A stretch of 64,000 nucleotides of DNA from an uncultured Gammaproteobacteria bacterium (GCA_905479195.1 CAJQLO010000001.1:212340-276339); one strand, 5' to 3'. Positions 13,100 to 23,292 are shown, counted from the first letter of the stretch. Numbers and translations are program-made. The notes: a model not told the origin generated them from the letters alone.

Positions 13100-14008
13100 A
13101 TGCAAAATTCACGAACATATAGTCAAAATAGCTTCTTAAATATATTGAGAGAATTTATTGTTTTAACTAAACCGAGAGTAAATTTACTGATAATGTTTAC
13201 GGCTATCGTAGGCATGTTATTGGCCCATCAGAGTACTCTTAATTATGAATTAATATTATTTGCAAGCATAGGGATAGGCCTAGCAGCTTCGGCAGCAGCT
13301 ATCATTAATCATGTTGTGGATCAACGAATTGATTCTATTATGGATAGAACAAAGTCACGTCCTTTGGTGAATGGCTCAATAAAGCCATTGCATGCCATAT
13401 ACTTTGCTTTGTTTTTATCAATAACATCAATAACGATGCTTTATCTTTTAGTAAATGCGCTAACGGCATTGTTAACTTTTTTGTCAATTATAATATATTC
13501 AGTTATATATTCTGTTTACTTAAAGAATTTAACATCACAAAATATTGTAATTGGTGGTATTGCTGGAGCAATGCCTCCATTATTAGGTTGGACATCTATT
13601 ACTAATCAGATAGAACCATTTCCGTTAGTACTTTTTTTGATTATTTTTTTATGGACTCCTCCACATTTTTGGGCACTGGCAGTTTATAAGTATGAAGATT
13701 ATAAAAAAGCAGATATTCCAATGTTGCCGGTTACACATGGTAGAGATTTTGCAAGACTTCATATATTTTTATATTCAATACTTCTTTTCTGTATCACACT
13801 ATTCCCATACATATTGGGTTTATCAGGCTTCATATATTTGACAGGTGTAGTCTTGATTGGTCTTAAATTTACGATAGACGCTTACTTGCTAATGATTAGC
13901 AAATCTGCTGCAGAGGCAATTGCTCTATTCAAGTACTCAATAACTTACCTAGCAGTGCTTTTTGCTCTGCTATTACTTGATCATTATTGGTATTTATCTA
14001 TTAGTTAG
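13100..14008 (+). CDS. ctaB: protoheme IX farnesyltransferase (heme O synthase)
   Basis: 302-aa UbiA-family protein with NHVVDQRIDSIMDRTKSRPL and LWTPPHFWALA motifs. Confidence 0.92.
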   Translation: MQNSRTYSQNSFLNILREFIVLTKPRVNLLIMFTAIVGMLLAHQSTLNYELILFASIGIGLAASAAAIINHVVDQRIDSIMDRTKSRPLVNGSIKPLHAIYFALFLSITSITMLYLLVNALTALLTFLSIIIYSVIYSVYLKNLTSQNIVIGGIAGAMPPLLGWTSITNQIEPFPLVLFLIIFLWTPPHFWALAVYKYEDYKKADIPMLPVTHGRDFARLHIFLYSILLFCITLFPYILGLSGFIYLTGVVLIGLKFTIDAYLLMISKSAAEAIALFKYSITYLAVLFALLLLDHYWYLSIS

Positions 14009-14015
14009 AGTTGGT

Positions 14016-14876
14016 TCAAGCTAACAATATAGTATCTTTTAAGAGACCAAGTGACTTATACTCAATCTGCCTAACTCTTTCTTTAGAGATTTGATATTTT
14101 TTAGACAAGTCATCTAGAGTGCTCTTGTTCTCTAATAAATAGCGCTGTCTTATTATATCTTTACTTCTATCGTCTAATTTTGACATTGCAATATTTAGCC
14201 TATCTAAGCTATCAGAGCTATCATTTTCATATTGAAGTTTTTCTAATGGATCTAAATTATCATTAGCAAGATATGTTGATGGAGACATTTCATCTTCATC
14301 TAAAGGATCGAAAGATACATCTTTCCCGCTTAACCTAGATTCCATTTGAGTAACAGTTTCTGGCTTTACATTTAGTTCGCAAGCTATATCCTTTGTTTCT
14401 GTTTCTGTTAACCAAGAAGTATGAGTTTTTTTGCTTTTAAGTTTAAAAAATAATTTTCGCTGAGCTTTAGTTGTTGCAACCTTAACCATTCTCCAATTTT
14501 TAATTACAAATTCATGAATTTCAGCTCTAATCCAATAAATAGCAAAAGATAATAATCTAACATTCTTATCTGGATCAAATCTTTTCACGGCTTTCATTAA
14601 ACCTATATTACCTTCTTGTATTAAATCTAAAAGAGGTAATCCGTAACCCTTGTATGTTTTAGCTACATGAACAACAAATCTCAGGTGTGCTAATACTAGT
14701 TTTCTTGCAGCCTCAAGGTCATCAGATGAATTCAGTTTTTTAAATAATACTACTTCCTCTTCTTTAGACAAAAGAGGTGTCTTTCTTAATTGATTAAGAT
14801 AAATATCTAATGAATCACCAGACTCTAGGCCTAATGATAATTCTGCTGGTAAATTTTCCATAACTCTACTACTCAT
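14016..14876 (-). CDS. rpoH: RNA polymerase sigma-32 (heat-shock sigma factor)
   Basis: 286 aa. Region 2 LIQEGNIGLMKAVKRFDP, an RpoH-box-like TKAQRKLFFKLKS, and the region 4 HTH. Confidence 0.92.
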   Translation of the reverse strand: MSSRVMENLPAELSLGLESGDSLDIYLNQLRKTPLLSKEEEVVLFKKLNSSDDLEAARKLVLAHLRFVVHVAKTYKGYGLPLLDLIQEGNIGLMKAVKRFDPDKNVRLLSFAIYWIRAEIHEFVIKNWRMVKVATTKAQRKLFFKLKSKKTHTSWLTETETKDIACELNVKPETVTQMESRLSGKDVSFDPLDEDEMSPSTYLANDNLDPLEKLQYENDSSDSLDRLNIAMSKLDDRSKDIIRQRYLLENKSTLDDLSKKYQISKERVRQIEYKSLGLLKDTILLA

Positions 14877-15050
14877 AAGTAAAATACTCCTACAAGGTAA
14901 TTATAATGGCTAATTCAAGGTATTCAAGCCTATAAACTTAGTTTTTAGCTATATTTCTTAATATTTCATAAAATTTCTTAATGAATTTCCCGCTTAAACC
15001 TTACTTAAAAAGGATATTATGAATGTCCAATTCTTTGCTATAATTATGTT

Positions 15051-16391
15051 ATGAAGTTTATCTCATTTAAATTCTGTATCTTTAATATCATTGCTCTAAT
15101 GAGTCTAATGCCATCTCTAGCAGAATCTAGTATGAAATTTTCAGATAGAATAGAAGAATATGTATTGGCAAATGGATTGAAGGTGATACTTATTGAAGAC
15201 AAAAGAAGCCCTGCTATAGTTTCTAGCATTTGGTACAACGTTGGATCAAGCTATGAATATTCTGGTGTTTCTGGAATTTCACATGTTCTGGAGCATATGA
15301 TGTTCAAAGGAACAAAGAATACACTGCCTGGAGATTTTTCAAAAAGAATTAAAGAGGTCGGTGGTTCTGAGAATGCTTTTACGGGTAGAGATTTTACCGG
15401 ATACTATCAAAAAATACATAAAGACTATTTGGAATTGTCCTTAAAACTGGAATCTGATCGTATGTCTAACATATTATTTTCTGAGGAAGAATTTAAAAAA
15501 GAGGTTGAGGTGGTAAAAGAAGAGAGAAGGTTGAGAACAGACGATAAACCTATTTCAAAAATTTTTGAAAAAATTGGTTTACAAGCATTTGGGATGAAAG
15601 ATTATGGCATTCCAATTATAGGTACAATGGATGACTTAAATAGAATCAAGATTGATGATTTAAAAAAATGGTATGCGAATTATTATGTTCCAAATAACGC
15701 AACACTCATACTTGCTGGTAACTTTGAATCTAATAATGCTAAATCTTTGATTAAAAAATATTATGGGAATTATTCAAAACAGAAGGTAATAGATTATTCA
15801 AAAGTTAATATGCATGAAATATCTTTTAATGAGATAACGGCAAAGGACAAAGTATCTCAGCCTATGATTTTATTATCATTTAAAAATAAGTCTTTTAGCG
15901 TTGAGGATAAAAAAGAATTATATGCCATGGAATTATTACTAGAATTAATGGATGGGGGCTTATCTTCGCGATTCACAAAAAATTTAATAGATGACAGTAA
16001 AATTGCATTAAATACATTTATATCTTATGACTCATATTCAAGAAAAGATAGCCTGATAACCTTAGGTGGCTCACCCAGAACAGGAGTAAAGCCTGAGGAT
16101 TTAAGAACTGCTCTTATTAATGAATTTTCAATATTTATTAAAAATGGGCTTAAAAAAAATGAGTTATTAAATACAAAGTCTAGACTATTGGCAAATAATA
16201 TTTATAAGTTTGATTCTGTTTTTTACCAAGCAATGCAAGTCGGAATGCTGGAAACAAAAAACCTTGATTGGCGTTTATTAGATGAATATGTTAATGACAT
16301 AGACTCAATAACAGAAAAAGACTTGATCAATGCTGCTAAAAAAATCGTTAGTAGCGATTATATATATTCGTTAATTGAGCCTGCGCCATGA
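15051..16391 (+). CDS. secreted M16 family zinc peptidase (active-site subunit)
   Basis: 446 aa with a signal peptide and the inverted zinc motif HVLEHMMFKGT (HxxEH). Confidence 0.85.
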   Translation: MKFISFKFCIFNIIALMSLMPSLAESSMKFSDRIEEYVLANGLKVILIEDKRSPAIVSSIWYNVGSSYEYSGVSGISHVLEHMMFKGTKNTLPGDFSKRIKEVGGSENAFTGRDFTGYYQKIHKDYLELSLKLESDRMSNILFSEEEFKKEVEVVKEERRLRTDDKPISKIFEKIGLQAFGMKDYGIPIIGTMDDLNRIKIDDLKKWYANYYVPNNATLILAGNFESNNAKSLIKKYYGNYSKQKVIDYSKVNMHEISFNEITAKDKVSQPMILLSFKNKSFSVEDKKELYAMELLLELMDGGLSSRFTKNLIDDSKIALNTFISYDSYSRKDSLITLGGSPRTGVKPEDLRTALINEFSIFIKNGLKKNELLNTKSRLLANNIYKFDSVFYQAMQVGMLETKNLDWRLLDEYVNDIDSITEKDLINAAKKIVSSDYIYSLIEPAP

Positions 16392-17680
16392 AAAAACTAT
16401 TTCTCATTATAACTTTATTCTTTTGTATACCTGGCACTAATGCCATGTCTTATCCTACAATAGAAGTTATAAAAGATAATACTGATTATTTATTAATCCA
16501 TGAAAAATCATTACCTATTGTGGATATAGAAATATCTTTTGCTATTGGAAGCAAGGATGATGGGAGTCTTAAAGGTATTACAAATTATTCTATTGAACTA
16601 TTACATCAGCAGAAAATTAATGGAGAAAAAATTATTGATTCATTTGAAAAAGTAGGAGCATTATATAATTCATCAGTTAACCGTGACTCAAGTGCTCTCA
16701 AAATAAGATTTATAAAAAGTGATAAAAATATAGAATTCATTTCAAAGAAATTAAATGAAATATTAAAAGCTGAAAACTTAAGTGCTACGCCACTTGAATA
16801 TACTAGAGATGTAATAATTAATTCTATAACTTCGAGAGATCTAAGTCCTGCGTCAATTATCTCGTATAAAACAAATGAAGAATTTTTTGTTGGCACTGGA
16901 TATGCTCATCCTATTTCTGGTTATAAAAATATCATTGAAAAAATTAATGTTACTGATATCAAAAAACATATTAAAAAAATAATAAATGTTAGTAATATTA
17001 AAGTAAGCATGGTTGGGGATATAAATGAAAATGAGGCAACATATTTTATCTCGAGAGTTCTAAGTAATGTGCCTATGGGAAATGATTATGTTTCAGCTTA
17101 TAACAAATTAAATTATCAAGGAAATAGTAAAATAAGACACATTGATCACGATAGTAAGCAAACTCATATATCAATATATATTCCATCAGTAACAAGAAAT
17201 CATAAAAATTTTTACAATATTTTGGTAGCTAACTATATCTTTGGTGGAAGTGGTTTTGGATCAATGCTTATGCAGGAAATTAGAGAAAAGAATGGATTAG
17301 CTTATTCAGTTTATAGTTACTTAGCACCATTTAAAGATATAGGTGTTCTTAAGATTGGTATGCAGACTGAATCAAAAAATACTGCAAGATCATTGGAGAT
17401 TTTAAAAGCAGAGATAGATAAGTTTAAAAAATTTGATATTAGCAATGAAAAGGTCAAGAAAGCTAAACTTGGTTTATTAAAAAGTTTTGAGTTGAGATTA
17501 GATACTAACAAAAAAATGCTTAGTACTTTATCGGCTATAAATAGTTATGAAATGCATGATAATTATTTTGAAGAATACATTGAGGGAATCAATCTGGTTA
17601 CCAAAGAAAGTATTATTTCTTCGCTTAAATCAGATCTAGATTTTGAAAATATTTCAATTAATACAGTGGGAAATAATTGA
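16388..17680 (+). CDS. secreted M16 family peptidase-like protein (no HxxEH motif)
   Basis: 430 aa with a signal peptide and an M16 C-terminal-type sequence. ATGA overlap with the upstream M16 gene. I see no HxxEH. Confidence 0.75.
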   Translation: MKKLFLIITLFFCIPGTNAMSYPTIEVIKDNTDYLLIHEKSLPIVDIEISFAIGSKDDGSLKGITNYSIELLHQQKINGEKIIDSFEKVGALYNSSVNRDSSALKIRFIKSDKNIEFISKKLNEILKAENLSATPLEYTRDVIINSITSRDLSPASIISYKTNEEFFVGTGYAHPISGYKNIIEKINVTDIKKHIKKIINVSNIKVSMVGDINENEATYFISRVLSNVPMGNDYVSAYNKLNYQGNSKIRHIDHDSKQTHISIYIPSVTRNHKNFYNILVANYIFGGSGFGSMLMQEIREKNGLAYSVYSYLAPFKDIGVLKIGMQTESKNTARSLEILKAEIDKFKKFDISNEKVKKAKLGLLKSFELRLDTNKKMLSTLSAINSYEMHDNYFEEYIEGINLVTKESIISSLKSDLDFENISINTVGNN

Positions 17681-18253
17681 TTGGCTAATAAAAAAATTAG
17701 AATTACTGGTGGTGACTTAAAATCTAGATATCTCACATTCGACGGCAACGATTCACTTAAACCCACCAAGTCTTATATAAGGGAAGCCATATTCAATGTA
17801 ATTAAGGTGAATCAAAAAATGATTAGTTTAGATTTATTTTCTGGCAGTGGAATATTATCAGCAGAAGCAATATCGAGAGGAATCAATAAATCTCTATTAG
17901 TTGAAAATAATAAGAAGTCATATATGAAAACAAAGAGTGAGTATTCTTTGTTAGGCATAGAGAATTATGAAATTTCTAATATAGATGCCTTAAGATATCT
18001 AAAAACGAATAAAGATATGAAATATGATTTAATTTTTGTAGATGCGCCATATAATAGCGACCTTCTGGAGAAGAGTATTGTTATGTTAGATGAATTTAGC
18101 TATTTAAGTCAAAACACATATATATACTATGAGCAGAGAAAAAAAGATTACAATCAAAAGCTTGTGTCTATAATCACTAAGACACATAATATATTAAAAG
18201 ATTCAAGCATAGGTGACGTAAGCTATACAATAGCTAAAATAAAGGAAAACTAA
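17681..18253 (+). CDS. rsmD: 16S rRNA (guanine966-N2)-methyltransferase
   Basis: 190 aa. Starts IRITGGDLKSRYL and carries the FVDAPY catalytic motif. TTG start directly after the upstream stop, with no in-frame ATG nearby. Confidence 0.8.
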   Translation: MANKKIRITGGDLKSRYLTFDGNDSLKPTKSYIREAIFNVIKVNQKMISLDLFSGSGILSAEAISRGINKSLLVENNKKSYMKTKSEYSLLGIENYEISNIDALRYLKTNKDMKYDLIFVDAPYNSDLLEKSIVMLDEFSYLSQNTYIYYEQRKKDYNQKLVSIITKTHNILKDSSIGDVSYTIAKIKEN

Positions 18254-18733
18254 ATGGCAAAAATAGCAGTATATCCAGGAACATTTGACCCAATAACTAA
18301 TGGTCATACAGATTTAGCCAAAAGAGGCTGTAAAATATTTGATAAAATTATTATTGCTGTTGCTGAAAATCCACAAAAGAATACTTTGTTTTCAACCTCT
18401 GAGAGAATAGATTTTGTACAAAATATTTTTTCTGATGAAAAAAAAATTGAAGTATATCCTTTAAATAAACTTTTGGTGCAGTTTGCAAAAGATCACTCTG
18501 CAACAGTAATACTGAGGGGGCTAAGAGCTGTTTCAGATTTTGAATATGAAGTTCAGTTAGCAAGTATGAACAGATCAATGGAACCTGATATTGAAAGTGT
18601 ATTTATGAGTCCTGCTGAAGAATTTGGATTTTTATCATCAAGTATAATTAAAGATATTGCCAGGCATGATGGTAAATTAGAAAAATTTGTTCATAAGGAT
18701 GTACTGGAAGCCCTACGCAAAAAATATTCTTAA
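18254..18733 (+). CDS. coaD: phosphopantetheine adenylyltransferase
   Basis: 159 aa starting AVYPGTFDPITNGHTD. Confidence 0.95.
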   Translation: MAKIAVYPGTFDPITNGHTDLAKRGCKIFDKIIIAVAENPQKNTLFSTSERIDFVQNIFSDEKKIEVYPLNKLLVQFAKDHSATVILRGLRAVSDFEYEVQLASMNRSMEPDIESVFMSPAEEFGFLSSSIIKDIARHDGKLEKFVHKDVLEALRKKYS

Positions 18734-19543
18734 TTATTTCTGACATATATTACAGTAAAAAGAGGACCTTCCTCCAAGTTTAATATTTTTAACTTTTGCT
18801 CCACATTTACAAATTTTACAATCATAAATCATGAGTTTTTGTTTAAAATATCCTGGGGTCCCATCTAAAGTTTTAAAGTCTTTTAAAGTAGTGCCCCCAG
18901 ATTTAATAGATTTCTTTAAAACATATTTTATAGCTTGAGCTAAATCATTGCATTGCTTGAGAGTAATATATTTACATTTTTTTTCAGGCCTTATTGATGA
19001 TAGGTGTAAAGATTCGCAAGCATAAATATTACCTACTCCTACTACAATGTTTTGATTCATAATTAGGTTCTTAATTGCAACATTTCTTTTTCTACACTTA
19101 TTTTTTAAAAAAACACCATTAAACTCTTCAGATAAAGGTTCGGGCCCAAGATTTTTAATTAAAAAATGATTATCAATATCTTGCGTCCAATGTATGGATC
19201 CAAATTTTCTAATATCATTGTATCTTAATATTTTATTATCTTTAAATTGAATCTCATAATGGTCATGTTTCCCTATATCTTTTGAACCCAGGCTATCTAT
19301 AAATTTAATAATACCTGTCATTCCTAAATGTATAAGTAAATATCCATCATCTAGTCTAAAGATAATATGCTTTCCTCTTCTATAGATAAAATTTATTTCT
19401 TGATCTTTAACTGAATTAGAAATATCAGAATCTATTTTCCATCTTAATTTATTATTCATAATAATAAACCTATTTATTGTCATGGATTTAAGGGATTTTT
19501 TTATAGCATTAACTACTGTTTCTACTTCAGGTAATTCAGGCAT
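18734..19543 (-). CDS. mutM: formamidopyrimidine-DNA glycosylase
   Basis: 269 aa. MPELPEVETV N-terminus and a C-terminal C4 zinc finger (CKICKCG...CNICQ). Its stop abuts the coaD stop. Confidence 0.95.
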   Translation of the reverse strand: MPELPEVETVVNAIKKSLKSMTINRFIIMNNKLRWKIDSDISNSVKDQEINFIYRRGKHIIFRLDDGYLLIHLGMTGIIKFIDSLGSKDIGKHDHYEIQFKDNKILRYNDIRKFGSIHWTQDIDNHFLIKNLGPEPLSEEFNGVFLKNKCRKRNVAIKNLIMNQNIVVGVGNIYACESLHLSSIRPEKKCKYITLKQCNDLAQAIKYVLKKSIKSGGTTLKDFKTLDGTPGYFKQKLMIYDCKICKCGAKVKNIKLGGRSSFYCNICQK

Positions 19544-19611
19544 AATCTAGGTATTTATTGGACATAATTTTAAATGTATCATATGATGAATTTAACTTTA
19601 AATATACAAAT

Positions 19612-20796
19612 ATGATAAACATAATAATTAATGGAGTTGTGGATTTTACATGGATAGGCTATGTAATTTATACACTAATAGTAACCCACATTACGATTGT
19701 GGCAATAACACTCTATCTGCATAGAGGGGTATGTCACTCGGCTATAGAGATTAAGCCTGCTCTAGGGCATTTCTTTAGATTTTGGTTATGGCTTACAACA
19801 TCAATGAAAACAGCTGATTGGGTAGCTATACATCGCAAGCATCATGCAAAAGTTGAGACAATCCATGATCCACACAGCCCTGCAGTTTATGGTATTAAAA
19901 ATGTACTATTGCGTGGCGCAGACTTATATTATGATGAAAAAAATAATCCTGAAACCATATCCAAGTATTCTCAAAATTGCCCTAATGATTGGGTAGAAAA
20001 ATATGTTTATACGGGCAGAAGCAATTTAGGTATATTGCTTTTGTTTATAGGTAATATTTTATTATTTGGAGTTGTTGGAATTATAATTTGGGCTATCCAA
20101 ATGGCCTGGACCCCTATATTTGCAGCTGGTGGAATAAATGGAGCAGGACATTATTGGGGCTATAGAAACTATGATACTAGTGATGACTCAACAAATATGT
20201 CTCCGGTAGGAATCCTGATAGGTGGAGAAGAATTACATAATAATCACCATGCTTTCCCAACAGCTGCTAAATTCTCTTTAAAACCATGGGAGTTTGATAT
20301 TGGATGGTTATATATAAAAATATTTTCAGCTATAGGGCAGGTAAATGTAAAAAGATTAGCTCCTAAAACTGTAGTTAATACGCCAGGTGATACGCTTGAC
20401 TCAGAGATTGGATATGCGTTATTGAGGTCTAAACTTACAGTTATTACGAATTATACAAAAAATGTTCTGAGTCCGCTTATGAAACAAGAGTCTAAGGAAG
20501 CAAATAATGATTTTAAAAATTTGTTGAAACACTCTAAATCATCTTTGGTTAGGGAACCGCATAGAATATCTAATCAAGAAACTATTACTTTAGATGAGAT
20601 TTTTAAGAAATCCAGTGCTTTGAAAACTGCTTATCGCTTAAAGAATAAACTATTTGATATCTTACATTCTAGAAACTTAAAACATGAAAGTTTCCTTGAA
20701 ACGATCAATGCATGGAGAGATGAGGCTCAAAAAGAAGGAATTGAGTGTTTAGTTGATTTTTCTAATAGTTTGAAAGGTTACAAGGTAATTAAGTAG
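19612..20796 (+). CDS. membrane fatty-acid (acyl-lipid/CoA delta-9 type) desaturase
   Basis: Histidine boxes HRGVCH, HRKHHAKVE and HNNHHAFP. I prefer the ATG at 19612 to the track's TTG at 19558, which would leave only 14 nt to the divergent mutM start. Confidence 0.8.
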   Translation: MINIIINGVVDFTWIGYVIYTLIVTHITIVAITLYLHRGVCHSAIEIKPALGHFFRFWLWLTTSMKTADWVAIHRKHHAKVETIHDPHSPAVYGIKNVLLRGADLYYDEKNNPETISKYSQNCPNDWVEKYVYTGRSNLGILLLFIGNILLFGVVGIIIWAIQMAWTPIFAAGGINGAGHYWGYRNYDTSDDSTNMSPVGILIGGEELHNNHHAFPTAAKFSLKPWEFDIGWLYIKIFSAIGQVNVKRLAPKTVVNTPGDTLDSEIGYALLRSKLTVITNYTKNVLSPLMKQESKEANNDFKNLLKHSKSSLVREPHRISNQETITLDEIFKKSSALKTAYRLKNKLFDILHSRNLKHESFLETINAWRDEAQKEGIECLVDFSNSLKGYKVIK

Positions 20797-20797
20797 A

Positions 20798-20953
20798 TTA
20801 CTTAATTTTACCTTCTTTATACATCACATATTTTCTGATTGTAGGATCAAATTTTTTGATTTCTAGTTTGTCAGGCATAGTCTTTTTATTCTTAGTGGTA
20901 GTATAAAAATGACCTGTTCCTGCTGACGAATTTAATCTTATTTTCTCTCTCAT
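20798..20953 (-). CDS. rpmG: 50S ribosomal protein L33
   Basis: Absent from the ORF track because it is under 60 aa. Codon-by-codon reverse translation gives [51 protein letters not shown], near-identical in pattern to E. coli L33. It starts 4 nt downstream of the rpmB stop. Confidence 0.92.
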   Translation of the reverse strand: MREKIRLNSSAGTGHFYTTTKNKKTMPDKLEIKKFDPTIRKYVMYKEGKIK

Positions 20954-20957
20954 AATC

Positions 20958-21182
20958 TTATGTAATATCGTATTTTTCTAAAGCTGCATCAAGACCATAC
21001 TTATCTATGATTCTGAGACCTTTAGATGATAATTTTAGTTTAATCCACTTATTTTGCGCTTCAGACCATAGTCTGTGCATATGAAGATTAGGCTCAAAAG
21101 TCCTTCTTGTTCTATTTTTAGCGTGCGAGACATTATTACCTGACATAACCGCTTTTTTTGTAATCTGACAAATTTTAGACAC
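20958..21182 (-). CDS. rpmB: 50S ribosomal protein L28
   Basis: [33 protein letters not shown]... is the canonical L28 sequence. Confidence 0.95.
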   Translation of the reverse strand: MSKICQITKKAVMSGNNVSHAKNRTRRTFEPNLHMHRLWSEAQNKWIKLKLSSKGLRIIDKYGLDAALEKYDIT

Positions 21183-21261
21183 TTTATTTCTCCAAACTCA
21201 AATAATGATATCAGAAACGTATTCATATACAATATATATATAAAAAATATCACAGGAAAAT

Positions 21262-21624
21262 ATGATGGATATAGTGTTTATAAAGGAATTATGTATAGAA
21301 GCTATAATTGGTATTTATGATTGGGAAAGAAAGATCAAACAAGTTGTATGTATTGATCTGGAGCTTGGGACAGAGATTAAGAAGGCCTCAGAATCTGAAA
21401 ACATAGAATACACAATAGATTATAAGGCTGTGGCTAAGAAAGTTAAAGCCACTGTCCAAGAAGGAGAGTTTTTTTTAATAGAGACATTAGCTGAAGAAAC
21501 AATCAAAATGATATTTGATAACTTTGATATCACTCATGTTAAAGGAAGGTTTAGTAAGCCTGGAGCTGTAACAGGATCAAAAGAGGTTGGAGTTATTATT
21601 GAGAGAAATAGAAATGCCTCATAA
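21262..21624 (+). CDS. folB: dihydroneopterin aldolase
   Basis: 120 aa starting IFIKELCIEAIIGIYDWERK..., typical FolB. Followed by folK. Confidence 0.85.
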   Translation: MMDIVFIKELCIEAIIGIYDWERKIKQVVCIDLELGTEIKKASESENIEYTIDYKAVAKKVKATVQEGEFFLIETLAEETIKMIFDNFDITHVKGRFSKPGAVTGSKEVGVIIERNRNAS

Positions 21625-22105
21625 AGTCTATATTGGCATTGGAAGCAATATTGATAAAGAAAAAAATATTAAGTCATGTATGACTGAGTTAAGGAAAAAT
21701 TATAAAAACATTATAATCTCACCAGTCTATGAGACATCTTCCATGGGGTTTGATGGGCCTAATTTTTATAATTTTGTATGTTCGTTTGATACGATATCAG
21801 ACATATATGACCTGAAAGTTAATCTTAACGCTATTGAAAATAATCATGGTAGACACTTTAAGGAAACTAAGTTTAGTTCTAGAACTTTAGATATTGATAT
21901 TTTATATTATGATAGTTTAATCATATCTAATGAAAAGATTAAAATTCCTAGAAAAGAAATAATTGAATATGACTTTGTGTTAGCACCTTTAATAGATATA
22001 GCTCCTGACTTCATTCATCCAGAATTAAACATGTCTCATTCTGATATTATGGAAAATCACATTATTGAGAAGCAAATAGTTAAAAAAGTTGATTTTGATA
22101 TCTAA
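21614..22105 (+). CDS. folK: 2-amino-4-hydroxy-6-hydroxymethyldihydropteridine pyrophosphokinase
   Basis: VYIGIGSNI start and the SRTLDIDIL motif. I prefer the ATG at 21614 (MPHKVYIGIGSN) to the track's 21587. Overlaps the folB end by 11 nt. Confidence 0.85.
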   Translation: MPHKVYIGIGSNIDKEKNIKSCMTELRKNYKNIIISPVYETSSMGFDGPNFYNFVCSFDTISDIYDLKVNLNAIENNHGRHFKETKFSSRTLDIDILYYDSLIISNEKIKIPRKEIIEYDFVLAPLIDIAPDFIHPELNMSHSDIMENHIIEKQIVKKVDFDI

Positions 22106-22107
22106 AT

Positions 22108-22542
22108 ATGAATTTTTTAATTCAATGTTTAATTTCTTATTTAGGGCTACTACCTTATTTTTATTTATTGATAGATTTATATTTCATAGAGATGTTAAGT
22201 CCAGAGGTTATATATGACATCATGTTGTATAACACATTGATTATTTTTACATTTATAGGTGCAATTAATTGGGATTTTAAGAAAAATAATATAATTTATA
22301 CAATCTATGGATTCATGCCAAGTTTAATAGCTTTTTTTATAATGGTTCTGAATGTTTTAAATTATGAGAAATATTTTCTTTTTTCAGCAATAATAATTTT
22401 TTTATTACTACAATTATTTATTGATTACTTGCTTTATTTAAATAATAAAATCAGTAGTTCTGTCATTTATTATCTGAGAATACCAGTCACATTAACACTT
22501 AGCGGATTACTGCTAATATCTATATTAGTCAGTCACCCCTAA
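22108..22542 (+). CDS. small polytopic membrane protein, DUF3429-like
   Basis: 144 aa with four or five hydrophobic helices. The FIGAINWD motif resembles the GxxxWG motif of DUF3429. Function unknown. Confidence 0.45.
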   Translation: MNFLIQCLISYLGLLPYFYLLIDLYFIEMLSPEVIYDIMLYNTLIIFTFIGAINWDFKKNNIIYTIYGFMPSLIAFFIMVLNVLNYEKYFLFSAIIIFLLLQLFIDYLLYLNNKISSSVIYYLRIPVTLTLSGLLLISILVSHP

Positions 22543-22551
22543 ATGATATAA

Positions 22552-23292
22552 CTACATGTTTAGTTTTCTACCACCATCTATATCAATATTTTGTCCTGTA
22601 ACATAATTAGCGCTTTGTATTAGAAATAATATTACCTTTGCAATATCATCTGGTTCACCCGTCCGTCTTAAAGCAATACGAGAGAGTATTTCTTTCTTTT
22701 TACTAGCATTGCCCATATCTGTTTCGGGCCACATGATAGCACCCGGAGAAACACCGTTCACTCTAATATGTGGGGCTAAGTCTTTAGCTAAGGATTTTGT
22801 TAATGCTAATAGACCAGCCTTACTAACATTATAAATAATATGATCTTTGAGTGGAGGGTTAACATGTATGTCTATAATATTTACGATTGACCCCTTCCTT
22901 TTCTTTAGTTCTGGATAAAATTCCTTTGATAGTAACAAGGGAATCTTTAAATTAGTATCGATAATATCAGACCAAGACTTCTCATTTACATCATTAATTT
23001 TAGTTGGGTAAAATTTAGAGGCATTGTTAATCAGAACATCTATTCTTCCAAATACTTTAATAGCTTTTTTATATGCAGCCTCACATGTTTTTTTTGAAGA
23101 AAAATTTGCATTAATTGCTGCAAATGAACCCTGTCTAATATCGTTTAAAGTTTTAGATAAAGTATTAGCCTCATGACGAGACTTATCATAAGTAATGATT
23201 ATGTTATATCCTGAAGCATGAAGATATTTAGCAACAGCCATACCAATCCGTCTTGCTCCGCCTGTAATAAAAACTGTTCTAGTTATAGCCAT
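22552..23292 (-). CDS. short-chain dehydrogenase, FolM/pteridine reductase-like
   Basis: 246 aa with ITGGARRIG (E. coli FolM has ITGGGRRIG), the YNVSKAGL catalytic Tyr-Lys, and C-terminal VTGQNIDIDGGRKL. Confidence 0.7.
   Translation of the reverse strand: MAITRTVFITGGARRIGMAVAKYLHASGYNIIITYDKSRHEANTLSKTLNDIRQGSFAAINANFSSKKTCEAAYKKAIKVFGRIDVLINNASKFYPTKINDVNEKSWSDIIDTNLKIPLLLSKEFYPELKKRKGSIVNIIDIHVNPPLKDHIIYNVSKAGLLALTKSLAKDLAPHIRVNGVSPGAIMWPETDMGNASKKKEILSRIALRRTGEPDDIAKVILFLIQSANYVTGQNIDIDGGRKLNM

Noticed and set aside
19558-19611. TTG-initiated N-terminal extension of the desaturase
   Set aside because: It would leave only 14 nt to the divergent mutM start. The ATG at 19612 gives an N-terminus matching the usual short lead-in before the first TM helix of DesA-type desaturases.
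21035-21253. 72-aa minus-strand ORF overlapping rpmB in another frame
   Set aside because: rpmB (L28) in the alternative frame is unambiguous. This ORF merely extends into the rpmB upstream region.
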